Notes under the pieces: model-generated
Database searches by the model: none
Told to the model about the DNA's origin: nothing
Seen by the model: the letters and a program-made list of their open reading frames with translations, nothing else
NCBI GenBank assembly: GCA_027491735.1
Contig: JAOZGP010000023.1
Location: 1 to 64,000, forward strand
Reading direction: 5' to 3'
DNA from: Thermoproteota archaeon
Lineage (GTDB): Archaea > Korarchaeota > Korarchaeia > Korarchaeales > Korarchaeaceae
DNA length: 64,000 bases
In this document: positions 40,627-51,244 of the stretch, piece by piece
Layout: each line of letters begins with the position of its first letter
Position numbering within the stretch: the stretch's first letter is position 1
Translations under genes and position numbers: made by a program

Positions 40627-41067
40627 TCACCTCGGTGAGTGACCTCTCCGGTTCCTCAGGAGGAGGGAATCCACCCTCGCTAGGTACCTCGAGACCTTCA
40701 CGGACTCCTCGGACACCTCGACTATGTTCCCCCTCCGCACGACCATGTGTCTTCTCCTCGGAGGATTGCTCAACAGCCTGCAAACCTCCTCGACCATGTG
40801 ATGAAGCTGGACACAGTGGAGGGAACCGTCCACTGTGAGGACGGCGATCTCCTCGTAGTCACCCCTGACGATCACCCCGGCGAGCTTGAATCCAACCATG
40901 TTCATGTGCTCCTCCTCAAGACACGCGCTCACCTTGACGTGCTCGTCGAAGCCTCCGAGAACCTCTGGATAATCCATCTCAAGACATCTTCCAAAGACCA
41001 GGATCTTCCTGCTGCCCCTGAGGTATCTGGATCCGGCGTTCATGTCGATGAGCCTCGGGAACATCAC
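40627..41067 (-). CDS. Conserved Cys/His-containing protein, possibly Fe-S associated
   Basis: C.......ACLE..H.NM.GFKL, VLTVDGS.HC.QLH pattern. Confidence 0.55.
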   Translation of the reverse strand: MMFPRLIDMNAGSRYLRGSRKILVFGRCLEMDYPEVLGGFDEHVKVSACLEEEHMNMVGFKLAGVIVRGDYEEIAVLTVDGSLHCVQLHHMVEEVCRLLSNPPRRRHMVVRRGNIVEVSEESVKVSRYLARVDSLLLRNRRGHSPR

Positions 41068-41837
41068 AGGTCCTCAGCTAGCCTGTATATAATTAACTTG
41101 ACCATCGGTCTGTTGGCCCTGTAGAAGCTGATGGCTCTTCTGTCTGAGGTAGTCCCTCTCAGGGATCTGAGAACTCTTATAACGCTTATAAATCTTCCTT
41201 CAAGCTTCCTCGCTATGTTCATTGACTCCTTGAGAATTCTGGTTCCGATCCTTCTTCTCCAGAGTTCCCTCACAACGTGAACTCCGTAGTCCAGGTTGAA
41301 GTTCCTCCTGTTGAGGTAGGCCAGGCCGACCGGTATCTCGTCCAGCAGGGCCAGCATCACCACGTGATCCCCGACCCTCGGTGGGATGAAGAAGCCCCAG
41401 CTTCTCCTCTGTATCTGCTGAAAGATCCTGAGCTCGGCCTGACCCCAGCTGTCGAGGGACCTGACCTCGACCTCATAGTTTGGCTCCAACGTCCTTCCCA
41501 CAGGATCCCAGAAGTAGAGGATCGAGCTCGATCTGACGCCAGGCGGGAGGGGAGGAGCCCTGTCCTCCGGAACGATCATCACCCTGTAGTCCGATCTGAC
41601 CTCCCTTAGGATTCCCATCGCCTCCATGAAGTCCTGAGAAATGCATAGGGCGGCGATCCTCCCCTCCCCCCTCAGGACCCACCTAATGAGGATCAGGGTC
41701 CTCCCCTCGGATGAGGAGAGGACCTTTACCTCCTTGAAAGGCCTCGCCCAGAAGATCTTGAGCTTCGCTAACTCTCTGTACCAGCTGAGGAACTCCTGGA
41801 GATCCATGGGGAGGAGGGGGAGGTGAGAGGAGGTCAT
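41064..41837 (-). CDS. GNAT-family acetyltransferase-like protein
   Basis: C-terminal YGVHV...WRRRIGT.IL and AISFY motifs resemble GNAT acetyl-CoA-binding motifs A/B. Confidence 0.6.
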   Translation of the reverse strand: MTSSHLPLLPMDLQEFLSWYRELAKLKIFWARPFKEVKVLSSSEGRTLILIRWVLRGEGRIAALCISQDFMEAMGILREVRSDYRVMIVPEDRAPPLPPGVRSSSILYFWDPVGRTLEPNYEVEVRSLDSWGQAELRIFQQIQRRSWGFFIPPRVGDHVVMLALLDEIPVGLAYLNRRNFNLDYGVHVVRELWRRRIGTRILKESMNIARKLEGRFISVIRVLRSLRGTTSDRRAISFYRANRPMVKLIIYRLAEDL

Positions 41838-44038
41838 CCCGGAGACCTAGACACAAAGCTGGACGTCCACTTGGGCAGAGGGAGTGGAGATTCAGAGTAC
41901 ATGGACTTCCAGGCCTCGTCTGTGAGCCTGGAGCTCATGGGGACCTTGAACTCGTAGTATGTCAGCACGGGACCGACGAACAGGTTGATCCTTCCGTTCA
42001 CCTTCACCGCCACGACCATGAGGGAGAACTTCCCCACTCCCTCCTCCAGAACCTGCTTCGAGTTGGACTCCGTGTGGACGTCGGCCACTAAGAGCGTCGA
42101 GGTGCTCCTATCATCGAGGCCGGAGAGCAGGTCCTCAAGGACCTCTCCCATCCTGATCTCGAGGTTTGGATCCTTTCCCGAAAGTTCCTCCAGCGAGACC
42201 TTATGGAGCTTGTCCAGGAGGAGGGCTAGGTTGCTCAGCTTCTCCCTCTGCGTCGAATTGAGGAGACCCATCTTGTCCAGCCCCTCAAGGGTCATCTCAG
42301 TGAGCTCCCTGAGTTTCAGGTAGACCTCTGGCATGGGCTCCACGTAGACCTTCCCGACGGAGGGCGGAAGTGCTGTGAACTTGACCGTGTAGCTCTGTTT
42401 AACGTAGAGTATGGTGTCGTGTCTGAGCTCGGTCCACGAGGCAAGAGCGGAGAGGAGCTGTCGATCCTGCCAAGCTTCCGTCCTCATGAAGGTGGGATAC
42501 CCCTCCTCCCTCTCTCCTATCACGCTCCTAAGGACATCCAGCCAGGCCCAGTAGAGGTTCCTGCAGGTCAGGTTGGAGAACTCCCTCCTGAGGGACATAA
42601 CCTTCTCCTCGTAACCCTTGTAGTCAGCATCCCCTGCCCTCTCGATTATGCTGAGGGCCCTGTCCGATCCCAGGACGGCCATGACATCCAATCCCCTCGG
42701 AAATCCTCTGGCCGGGCCAAGAGGGGTCATGACCAAGGTGAACGGCTTGTCATCCCCTGTGTACGCTCCAACAGACGGAGCAACCAGGCTGCCCATGATG
42801 TAGGAGTCCGGAACGTATCTCTGACCGAAGAACCTCATCCCCTTGGAGAGGTACAGGCACCTCTCCAGCTCCTCCGGACTGAGGCTGCTCGCCTGGCAGT
42901 TGCCCGTCCCGGAGTATATCCTCGGCATCCTCATGGAGTTGAGCTCCTTCCTGAGCTCGCTGATCCTGCCCACGATCTGGTCTGGGGAGATCTCACTGCC
43001 GAAGACCTTGTTCATTGCGTCCAGGTACTCGCATGGGGTCAGGTCATCGGAAATCCCGACGAAGAAGGAGGTCACGGCGTATATCCTCCTCCACCGCTCC
43101 GCGACTCCTGTCGAAGAGACTTGGGCAGATATCAGAGCTGCTTGGAGGGTCTCCCTGTCGGCCACATCCTTGGGCACGAGCCTTCCGTTCACTGAGTTGA
43201 GGAGGAAGGTCATCCTCCCGTACCACATCATGGCCTTGAAGTACCTCCTCAGGGTCTCCGAGCGAGTATAGTGTCCCCTAGGCAGGTACTGACTGTAGTC
43301 CTCCTCGTATTGAAATATCGGACTCTTAGCAAAGCCCCTATGTCCCTCTATGAGGGATAGCTCCTGGCCCACCTCTTGAGAGACGTAGTCCGGAGGATCG
43401 AAGCTTGGATCCAGCAGCTTCTTCGCCACACTGAAGAAAGCAACGTTCTCCCTGGCAGCCTCCCTAACAGCTCCGCTGGAGATCCCGTACAGCCTCTCGT
43501 TGGCCTTCAGGAGCTCCTTCGTTATCAATTCGAGGTCCTTGTGAAGGCTCTCCTCCTCCACGCTGGAGAGGAGGTTGTCGTAAAACACGTGGTAGACGTG
43601 GAGCATGGAGTCCACAGTGACATAGGTGGGCATTCCCTCGATGAGCTTGTAAGCGTCAACCGGCTGGTCCGTGTAGAAGCTCCAAGTTCCATCACCCAGA
43701 ACGACGAACCCGTTTCTCAGGAGCATGTCCTTATCGGAGTCACTTAAACGAAGTCTGTCCGTCAGATCCCAATTGGAGATCTCGTCGACGGACAGAGGGA
43801 GAGCGTACTGAGGTGTCTCGGCGCTGACCTGCTCAGAACTGAGCGTCCCTTCCATCAGAGCAGGTTTCCTCAGACTCTCAAGCGTGTAAGGGATCTCAGA
43901 GGAGGGACCTCCCCGGGAGGAGCTGCTCACCTCCTCAGAAGGAGCTTTGTTTGTAAGGAACAGAGCAGCGGCAATGCCTGCAGCCATCAGGAGAACGGCC
44001 ACCGCGGCGATCGCGCCTAAAGTCCTCACATACCTCAC
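41834..44038 (-). CDS. DUF3160 domain-containing membrane-anchored protein
   Basis: L.RNGFVV, T.DS.LH.YH, EDYSQY.PRGHYTR, YFKAMMWYGR, GQRY.PD, ASWTELRHDTILY.KQSY, ADVHT, YYEF. Confidence 0.88.
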   Translation of the reverse strand: MRYVRTLGAIAAVAVLLMAAGIAAALFLTNKAPSEEVSSSSRGGPSSEIPYTLESLRKPALMEGTLSSEQVSAETPQYALPLSVDEISNWDLTDRLRLSDSDKDMLLRNGFVVLGDGTWSFYTDQPVDAYKLIEGMPTYVTVDSMLHVYHVFYDNLLSSVEEESLHKDLELITKELLKANERLYGISSGAVREAARENVAFFSVAKKLLDPSFDPPDYVSQEVGQELSLIEGHRGFAKSPIFQYEEDYSQYLPRGHYTRSETLRRYFKAMMWYGRMTFLLNSVNGRLVPKDVADRETLQAALISAQVSSTGVAERWRRIYAVTSFFVGISDDLTPCEYLDAMNKVFGSEISPDQIVGRISELRKELNSMRMPRIYSGTGNCQASSLSPEELERCLYLSKGMRFFGQRYVPDSYIMGSLVAPSVGAYTGDDKPFTLVMTPLGPARGFPRGLDVMAVLGSDRALSIIERAGDADYKGYEEKVMSLRREFSNLTCRNLYWAWLDVLRSVIGEREEGYPTFMRTEAWQDRQLLSALASWTELRHDTILYVKQSYTVKFTALPPSVGKVYVEPMPEVYLKLRELTEMTLEGLDKMGLLNSTQREKLSNLALLLDKLHKVSLEELSGKDPNLEIRMGEVLEDLLSGLDDRSTSTLLVADVHTESNSKQVLEEGVGKFSLMVVAVKVNGRINLFVGPVLTYYEFKVPMSSRLTDEAWKSMYSESPLPLPKWTSSFVSRSPG

Positions 44039-44149
44039 CGATCTGAATCATGAGTGAGTCGATAAATAAGCTTTCCTGAAAGGTTCCATGTGGATTGAAC
44101 TTCTCTCTAAGGACCACCAAACTCGATAATTCTTTAAGACTGAATTCCT

Positions 44150-44918
44150 GTGGAGTGTCCGGTCCTCTTCCAGCTGATGTTCACCCGGAAGAACCTACAC
44201 GAGGTCCCGAGGTCGTGGAGGGCGCTACGCGCTCGGACAAAACCGCATGCTCCCGATCTCCACCTCCTCCCTGGGGTGAGGCTTCAAACCGCGAGGAATA
44301 TGTTCCTGTTCATCTGTAAGACGAGGGACCTCGAGGTCGATGCGGAGGGGCCGGTCGAATACCCGGACTACGGCTACTATCATCCGCTCCACGTCATAAC
44401 TGCAGGCCGTTAACGGAGCCGAACAAGCTGAACATAGGGATTGTGTTTTACGGTGGAATGCACTTAGAGTCCGTTGAGGTTCTGAAGGGCGAAAAACTGT
44501 GATGTTGATAGCTGATTCAACTGGAGAGATGGTGAAGGTCGAGACGGTCGAAGACAGCATAGAGAGGGGGAACCGTAACGAGGACGCTTAACCCGAAGTG
44601 GATCGAGGAGATGCTTAAACACGGATTTTTTGGGGGGTTCAGAAGATCACCGAGAGGGTGGGGTACCTTCTTGGTCTGTCAGCCACCACAGGAGCGGTTG
44701 AGAACTGGATTTGGGATAGGGTTGCTGGGAGGTTTGTACTCGACAGCGAGCTCTTCGAGAGGTTGAGGAAGGAAAATCCTTACGCGACCAAGGAGCTGCT
44801 CGAAAGGTTGCTCGAAGCCAATAGGAGGGGTTACTGGAAGGCGAGGGATGACGTATTGGAGGAGATAGAGGAGAGATATCTGGAGCTGGACGGAATGCTT
44901 GAGGATGAAATAGCTTGA
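44150..44918 (+). pseudogene. cobN: Internally deleted, frameshifted cobaltochelatase CobN / Mg-chelatase H remnant
   Basis: N-terminal-type PVEYPDYGYYHP (about 44352-44390) lies about 110 nt before C-terminal motifs IADST...TRTLNPKWIE.M..HG and G.SATTG.V..W...NPYA....RLLEA..RGYW; frameshifts at G5 (44566-44570) and T6G6 (44626-44637). Confidence 0.8.
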
Positions 44919-45160
44919 CACAGCACAAACTCTCAGATTCTGCCTTTAACGAATTGCCATAGGACCATCATCAGCTCCAAGGCCCTCCTCCACACTGTAA
45001 GCTTTCTTAAAGCCTTCAATTTTGGACCTCGGTGGTCACCGTCCTAGGTGCGGAAGAGGGGCTCCTTCGTGGGGAGGTTACAACATGTTCATGCGGATGT
45101 TCCGTAGAGACTCAAGAGCCTGAGGTCCACGTCGGACCTGCATCATCGCCTGGTCAGCAC

Positions 45161-46784
45161 TCAAGACCTCTGACGGCTGGGTTCTTTCATCCGGCTCTTG
45201 AAGATCTCTCTGATCCTCTCCAGGGTGTCCGCCTCATCCGGGGACTTGTCATTCCTTATCCTGACTATTCTGGCGAACCTGAGGGCGAAGCCGCTCCTGT
45301 ACTTCGGACTCCTCTGAATCTCGTTGAAGGCCACCTCGACCACGATCTCCGGCCTGACCCTGATGATCCCGTCGGCCCTCTCCACGGCTATCGACTTCAG
45401 CTTCTCGGTCATCCACTCGAACTCCTCGTCGCTCAGACCCTTGAACGTCTTTCCGACGACCTCAAATCCGTCATCTGCTCTGGCTGCAAGGTAATAGTCG
45501 CTGAACCACCTGTGTCTTCTCCCGTAACCCCTCTCCGCCGCCACCACAACGAGATCCAGCGTGTCCGTGTGCTTGAACTTCAACCAGTGCCTCCCCCTGG
45601 TGCCGGGGAGATAGGGGGATCTAAGGTCCTTGAGAATCACCCCCTCGTGTCCTTCCCTCACAGCTCGGCTGAAGAAATCCCTTGCCTCCTCAGAGCTCTC
45701 CGTCACGATGCAGGGGATCGACCTCACGCAGTCATCATCGAGCATCTCAATCAGGTCTTCCAGAACCCTCCTTCTCTCAACGTAAGCCCTATCCACAAGG
45801 ATCTTCTCACCCACGAGAAGGACGTCGAACAGGTAGAGCCTCAGGGGTATCTCCTCCATAAGGCCGTCATCCGGACGGGACCTCCTGAACCTCCTCATGA
45901 GGACTTGGAAGGGCAGGGGGGCTCTCCCTCTCCGCTATGAGCTCCCCCTCCAACACCGCCCTGCTGAACCTAAGCCCTGCGATCTCAGGCACCATCCTCG
46001 TAACGTCGGACATCCTTCTGCTGAACACCCTAACCCTCTCCCCGTTTGAATGGACCTGAACCCTCACACCATCCAGCTTGTACTCGAGGGCGCACCTCCC
46101 GAGCTCCCTCAGCGCCTCGTCCAGGCCACGAGCCGTCTGAGCCAGCATGGGTCTGACGAGCCTGAAGGGCACTAGCTTGACCCCAAGGATCTCCTCTCTG
46201 CTCATCTTCAGGATGGAGTAAGGCTCTCCAACGAGCATCGTGGCTCTGATCACGGCCTCCTTGGGGAGCCCTCTGGCCTCCGCCACAGCCTCCAGCAGGA
46301 GGCCCTCGTTCAGGCCTAGCCTCGTCTCCCCCACCAGGGCGTTTGTGAGGAGCCACACCTCATCCGAACCCAGCGAGGATAACAGCGATCTGAGGATCTC
46401 CTTCTTTCTTCTCCTGGATCCTCGACCGCTGATCTCAGAAATCCTCTCGAGCTGCCTGTACACCTCATTAACCGTCTGTTCCTCCTTGAACAGGGATGTC
46501 TGCCTCTTGGCCGATCTCATGAGGCGGCTCACGGCCTCGCCCAGGTCCACGCCCTCTGCCCTTCCCTTCCCGGAGAGCTCTTCAGCGACCTTGAGGATAG
46601 TGGACCAGGAGACGTCAAGCCTCCTCCCATCCTTGAAGACCTTGCCCGTCAGGATGAGGGCAGCCTTCTCGGCCTCTTCCGAGTCAAGCTCCCTCATCAA
46701 CGAGGCCAGGAGGAGGATCTTCTCCCTCCTGGATCTGGTGGACGCGATCTTTCTGGCAAGCCTCGAGAGCTCAGAGAACATCAT
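45161..46784 (-). pseudogene. lig: ATP-dependent DNA ligase split into two ORFs (45867-46784 and 45161-45898) by a single frameshift
   Basis: PMLA, EYKLDGVRVQVH, FSR, EGEL in the first ORF; FDVL, EGVILK, Y.PG.RG..WLK.K, DLVV, R.A.R.DK in the second. PLPFQVLMRR reads through if the G6 run at 45916-45921 is G5. Confidence 0.85.
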
Positions 46785-46874
46785 TCAGTCTATGACCCGG
46801 TGACACGATAAAAATGCTCCAGGCCCATCGATCAGATTAATATCTTTGACACGGGCGTACTCGGGGCACCGGTC

Positions 46875-48665
46875 ATGGAGAGGGTCATACCGAGTCTCGA
46901 CGAGATCACCCCGGAGAAGTTCAAGGAGACCTTCAAAAGAATTTTGGAGGTCAAGAGGAGGGCTGGGATAACTCCTCTCCTGGACAACCCGTCAGACCTG
47001 CTGGACAGGGCCAAGCTCTACGGGATGCAGTACAGGAACGGATCCTGGAACTGGGCCTCCAACATATGGAGCAGGTCCGCAGCAAACACCGTGGTGATAG
47101 AGGAGGACGACCAGCTTCGGAGGGAGCACAAGCTCCTCCTCATGAGGGTTCTGGAGCACATACTCGCTCAGGGACCTCTGATAAAGGTCGATGGATATGT
47201 GGGTAAGCCGGGCACGAGGGCTCAGATGCACGCAGCGGTCTATGTGGATCCTCAGTTTCCGGACATAGCCTACAGATGGAGCCAGCTCGTCTTCCCAGCC
47301 CCGCCGGAGGAGAATCCCGAGGTGGAGGTGTTCGTCATACCCCACTACCTGGGCAACCCGAGGATCCCCGGCACGGACAGGCTTCTCATGGTGATGAGGT
47401 TCCCCCACCACAACCTCACTGTGGTGACGATGTCCTCCTACCAGGGAGAGGTAAAGAAGGCTGTCCTAACTCACTGGATCTACCACGTCTACAGGAAGGG
47501 AGGAACAGGGGAGCACGCCTCACTGAGAGAGTTCACGGTCAGAAGGGTCGATGGAGCCTGGCGCAGGATCGTGATGTGCGTGTGGGGCCTCACGGGCACG
47601 GGTAAGTCCACCCACGGCCTCTACGTCTGGACCCCAAGGAACTCGAGGATCTACGTGGAGAAGTTCGGCGTGAATCCTCTGGACCACGTGAGGGATCAGG
47701 TGATAAGGAACGATGACATAGTGGCGATATTCGAGGACAGGGTCGTGGGATCTGAGAGGGGGTCATGGACAAAGACCGAGGATCTATCCCCAGATCAGGA
47801 GGTCATGTGGAGGGCGGCCATGAGTCCCAGAGCTCTTCACGAGAACACCGAGTTCGACGAGGACGGAATGCCGAGCTTCAGGGGGGGGCTCTTCCAGTAT
47901 TTCGGAGCTCCTAACAGGAACTCGAGGAGCGTCCTCTACCTGGACGACACAGGCTACTTCGACGGGGATGTGGAGTCGAGCGGTCCCCTGACCACAGCGG
48001 TCTTCCTCTCCCCAGGTTACTTCACCGACTACGCTTGGGTGAGGATAGACGACGTGGCCCTCGCAGCCAAGTTCCTGGCCGACGGTAGAACGATAGGTCA
48101 TCCCGCTCAGGCCAAGGAGGTTGTGGGGAGGATGAGGTTTGTCGCTAGGTACGCGAAGCCCTTCACGATCGGCGTCAGGAGCACGGATCACGTGGTGAGG
48201 TTCTACGAGTACTTGAGGAGGAGAAGGGAGCAGGGCAACCCTGTGGAGGTGTACGCCTGCAACACAACGGGGCGCATAGTGGCCGAGTACAGGTGGGTCA
48301 GGAAGAAGGTGGGGGACAGGGAGATGGAGGCGCCCGAGCCGATCTTGGTGGAGGTCAACGGGATACTCAGGGCGAGGGGAGGAACGAGGCCCTCTATAGA
48401 GGAGACAGAGCTTTTCCTGCTGCAGGCCAGCAGAGGAGCGGTGAAGTTCAAGCCCCATCCCGTCTGGAGGGAGAAGGTCATGGTCCCAGATGAGGTCCCG
48501 GGCATCAGCAAGGAGAGGCTTAGGGAGCTCGATCCCACAAGCTACATGGACATGGACGAGTTCAGAAGGCTTCTGAAGGCCCAGATCGAGGAGAGCAAAT
48601 ACTACCTGGACAGAGACTGTCCAGGTCTTCCCAGTGAGATATACACAGCCATGGACTTCGACTGA
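46875..48665 (+). CDS. pckA: Divergent ATP-type phosphoenolpyruvate carboxykinase
   Basis: SRSA, Y.GE.KK, H, P-loop GLTGTGKST, NDD, E.G...KT, HEN, N.R, NT.G motifs in PEPCK order. Confidence 0.7.
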   Translation: MERVIPSLDEITPEKFKETFKRILEVKRRAGITPLLDNPSDLLDRAKLYGMQYRNGSWNWASNIWSRSAANTVVIEEDDQLRREHKLLLMRVLEHILAQGPLIKVDGYVGKPGTRAQMHAAVYVDPQFPDIAYRWSQLVFPAPPEENPEVEVFVIPHYLGNPRIPGTDRLLMVMRFPHHNLTVVTMSSYQGEVKKAVLTHWIYHVYRKGGTGEHASLREFTVRRVDGAWRRIVMCVWGLTGTGKSTHGLYVWTPRNSRIYVEKFGVNPLDHVRDQVIRNDDIVAIFEDRVVGSERGSWTKTEDLSPDQEVMWRAAMSPRALHENTEFDEDGMPSFRGGLFQYFGAPNRNSRSVLYLDDTGYFDGDVESSGPLTTAVFLSPGYFTDYAWVRIDDVALAAKFLADGRTIGHPAQAKEVVGRMRFVARYAKPFTIGVRSTDHVVRFYEYLRRRREQGNPVEVYACNTTGRIVAEYRWVRKKVGDREMEAPEPILVEVNGILRARGGTRPSIEETELFLLQASRGAVKFKPHPVWREKVMVPDEVPGISKERLRELDPTSYMDMDEFRRLLKAQIEESKYYLDRDCPGLPSEIYTAMDFD

Positions 48666-49075
48666 CCGTTCTGGTTCTCCACCGCATTTGACCTTCAATA
48701 CATCCGTGGCGAAGGACCTCCCCCCTCAGGTCTCATCGGAGGGCTTTCAGGGAGAGGGCCCCATGCTCACCCTCCTAAGCTCGCCCTTTCGGGCTTATCC
48801 TCACCTCCTCACATCTTGAGCGGAGCTCATCCTCGCTGCATCTGCTCCGACTGCGAGATCAGTCCACTCCATCGACCAGATAGCGCACGAAGTCCGGGGA
48901 CTGACCCTCCCGATCCCACTGGGAGGATCGCTGGGAAGGCGTTCGGCGAGTTCAACGAGAGGACCTCATCCTCGTGGGGGTCCTCCTGGGGGATTATGCT
49001 GCGTGCCGAGGCCCAAGACACCCCGCAGGAGAGGTATGTGAAGGTGCTGCTTGACCTAATGATCAGATAGCTTAG

Positions 49076-50578
49076 CTATTCGAACTCTATTGTTGCTGGG
49101 GGCTTGTTTGTGACGTCGTAGAGAACCCTGTTGACACCCTCAACCTCGTTGACTATCCTGGAGGAGATCTTCTCCATGAGGCTCCACGGGAGCTTGGCAA
49201 AGCTTGCGGTCATGGCGTCAGCACTCTTCACAATCCTCAGGGCGATCATGTACTCATATGTCCTCCTATCTCCCTGCACACCGACGCTCCTCAACGACAG
49301 AAGAACGGGAAAGGCCTGCCAGACCTTTCTGTAGTATCCCGATCTCCTCATCTCCTCCTCAACTATCTTATCAGCCTTCCTGAGCATTCTGAGCTTGTCC
49401 TCCGTCACCTCGCCCACTATCCTTATCGCCAGCCCCGGACCTGGGAAGGGGTGCCTCTCCACGAGCTTCCTTGGAAGGCCAAGCATCCTGGCGAGCTCCC
49501 TCACCTCGTCCTTGTAGAGGCCTGAGAGGGGTTCTATGAGCTCCCTCCCGGTGTCAGGCATCACCACGTTGTGGTGGCTCTTTATCCTGTGGGCAGCTCT
49601 ACTGCTTGCGGCGCTCTCTATTCTGTCGGGGTAGATGGTCCCCTGACCTATGAACTCAAACCCCCTAGACTCCCTGCTGAAGATCTCAGCGAACTTCTCG
49701 GCTATGATCCTCCTCTTCTCCTCCGGATCCACAACCCCTCTGAGCGCCTTCAGGAACTCGTAGGATGCGTCTATGTACCTCACCCTGAAGCCCATCCTCT
49801 TCAGAATGTTCAGAACCTCCTTAGGCTCGTCCTCCCTCAGAAGCCCCGTGTTCACAAAGAGGACCTCCAGTCCGTCCCCGACAGCCCTCTTCATCAGCAG
49901 GGCGGCGGTCATTGAGTCCACTCCACCGCTCACGGCCACGAGAACCTTTCCCCTTCCAACCCTCCTCCTCACCTCCTCGATCTTCTCCTCCGCGTATCCC
50001 ATCATGTTCCAGTCCCTCCTGGCCCTGCAGATCGTCAGGAAGTTGTCCAGGACCTTCCTCCCCCTCGGGGTGTGCTTCACCTCCGGGTGGAACTGCACCC
50101 CATAAAATCCATTGGGCAACCTGAAGGCGGCGATCCTAGTGTTCCTGGTGTACGCCAGGACCTTGGATCCCCCAGGAGGCTCCACGACCTGATCCCTGTG
50201 GCTCATCCAAACCTTCTCCCTCCTCCTCAGCCCCTTGAAGATCTGGTCCCTCGCCCTGAGGTACAGGGTGGCCACGCCGAACTCCCCCGCCCCCCTCTCC
50301 ACCCTCCCCCCGTAGAGCTGAGCCAGGAGCTGATGTCCGTAGCAGATCCCCAGAACCGGAACCCCTCTGTCGGACAGCTCGTCGAGATAGCTTCTGTCGA
50401 TTGTTGGAGCATCCTCCTCGTAGACGCTTCTCGGTCCTCCTGAGAGGATAACCCCATCTACGTCTTCCCTCGGCTTGAAATCCCTCCAGGGAATTATCTC
50501 TCCTCTAACCCCCAGCTCCCGCACCCTCCTGTTTATTAGGTGGGTGTACTGGGACCCGAGATCCACGACGCAGAGCAT
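49076..50578 (-). CDS. guaA: GMP synthase (glutamine-hydrolysing), fused GATase + synthetase
   Basis: D.GSQY, SGGP.SV, GICYGHQ, QFHPEV.H, SGGVDS, QGTIYPD.IES, IKSHHN, PFPGPGL, KPPATIEFE. Confidence 0.96.
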   Translation of the reverse strand: MLCVVDLGSQYTHLINRRVRELGVRGEIIPWRDFKPREDVDGVILSGGPRSVYEEDAPTIDRSYLDELSDRGVPVLGICYGHQLLAQLYGGRVERGAGEFGVATLYLRARDQIFKGLRRREKVWMSHRDQVVEPPGGSKVLAYTRNTRIAAFRLPNGFYGVQFHPEVKHTPRGRKVLDNFLTICRARRDWNMMGYAEEKIEEVRRRVGRGKVLVAVSGGVDSMTAALLMKRAVGDGLEVLFVNTGLLREDEPKEVLNILKRMGFRVRYIDASYEFLKALRGVVDPEEKRRIIAEKFAEIFSRESRGFEFIGQGTIYPDRIESAASSRAAHRIKSHHNVVMPDTGRELIEPLSGLYKDEVRELARMLGLPRKLVERHPFPGPGLAIRIVGEVTEDKLRMLRKADKIVEEEMRRSGYYRKVWQAFPVLLSLRSVGVQGDRRTYEYMIALRIVKSADAMTASFAKLPWSLMEKISSRIVNEVEGVNRVLYDVTNKPPATIEFE

Positions 50579-51244
50579 TGAGGTATCGCCTTCCTCACAA
50601 AAATAACTTTTCTGCAGGACACGGTGGTCGATCGTTCCACTCGCTCCTCCAGACCTCCATCAATCTGCGGACGTCGACAAACCTTGGAGATTCATGAGAG
50701 CATCTACCCAGGCTCGAGTTGCGATCTAAGGAGATGTGGGGTGAGAAATTGGAAGAACGAGAGAAGAGCGAACACCACACCGGATGACCTTCCATCACCA
50801 TCCTGGGACGCTCTGTCCCAGGCTTAGAACAGGACGTGGGGCTTCGTTAACCTGTTGTCGGTGAGATAGAAGCACAGAAGTAATCGGTTCTCCTTCCCCA
50901 CAGCTGATACTCGAAGTGCCCTCATCACTTCGCTCTGGAGAGCATAAAGTCCTCGCTTTCCTTTTTATGAAGCTTTTCGAGAGGTTGTTTATTTCCATCC
51001 TTCCAGTAGGCGGCCCTATGATTTTCAATCCTTTCAACTGTTCTCAAGCCTCCCTTCGGCCTCCTTACCTCCACGACCTCATCTCACTCCGAGAGGATTT
51101 CGGCGATTCTCGTCCCTTGAGGGTGGACAGAAAGTTGTTTAATCAAGTCATGATTTAGATGCATGAGTTAGTACCTGAGCAAGGATTTAATCCCTCGTCG
51201 TGCTGGCGTCCACGTTAAGGGGCGGAAGTTCGCTATGAATCCGG

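Noticed and set aside
42419-43195. 258-aa plus-strand ORF, and similar 100-200 aa alternative-frame ORFs across his/pst
   Set aside because: Shadow ORFs over well-supported genes.
45032-45940. 302-aa plus-strand ORF
   Set aside because: Antisense shadow of the DNA ligase; Pro/His/Leu-rich composition is typical of reverse-complement coding DNA.
10731-46784. Lhr + MPE + ATP-dependent ligase as a bacterial-type repair cluster
   Set aside because: The ligase is over 30 kb from lhr-MPE and no MBL nuclease is adjacent, so there is no linkage evidence.
47784-48698. 304-aa minus-strand ORF
   Set aside because: Antisense to pckA, with no motifs.
49076-50578. Fused GMP synthase as a novelty
   Set aside because: Although often split in archaea, fused forms occur in several archaeal lineages.
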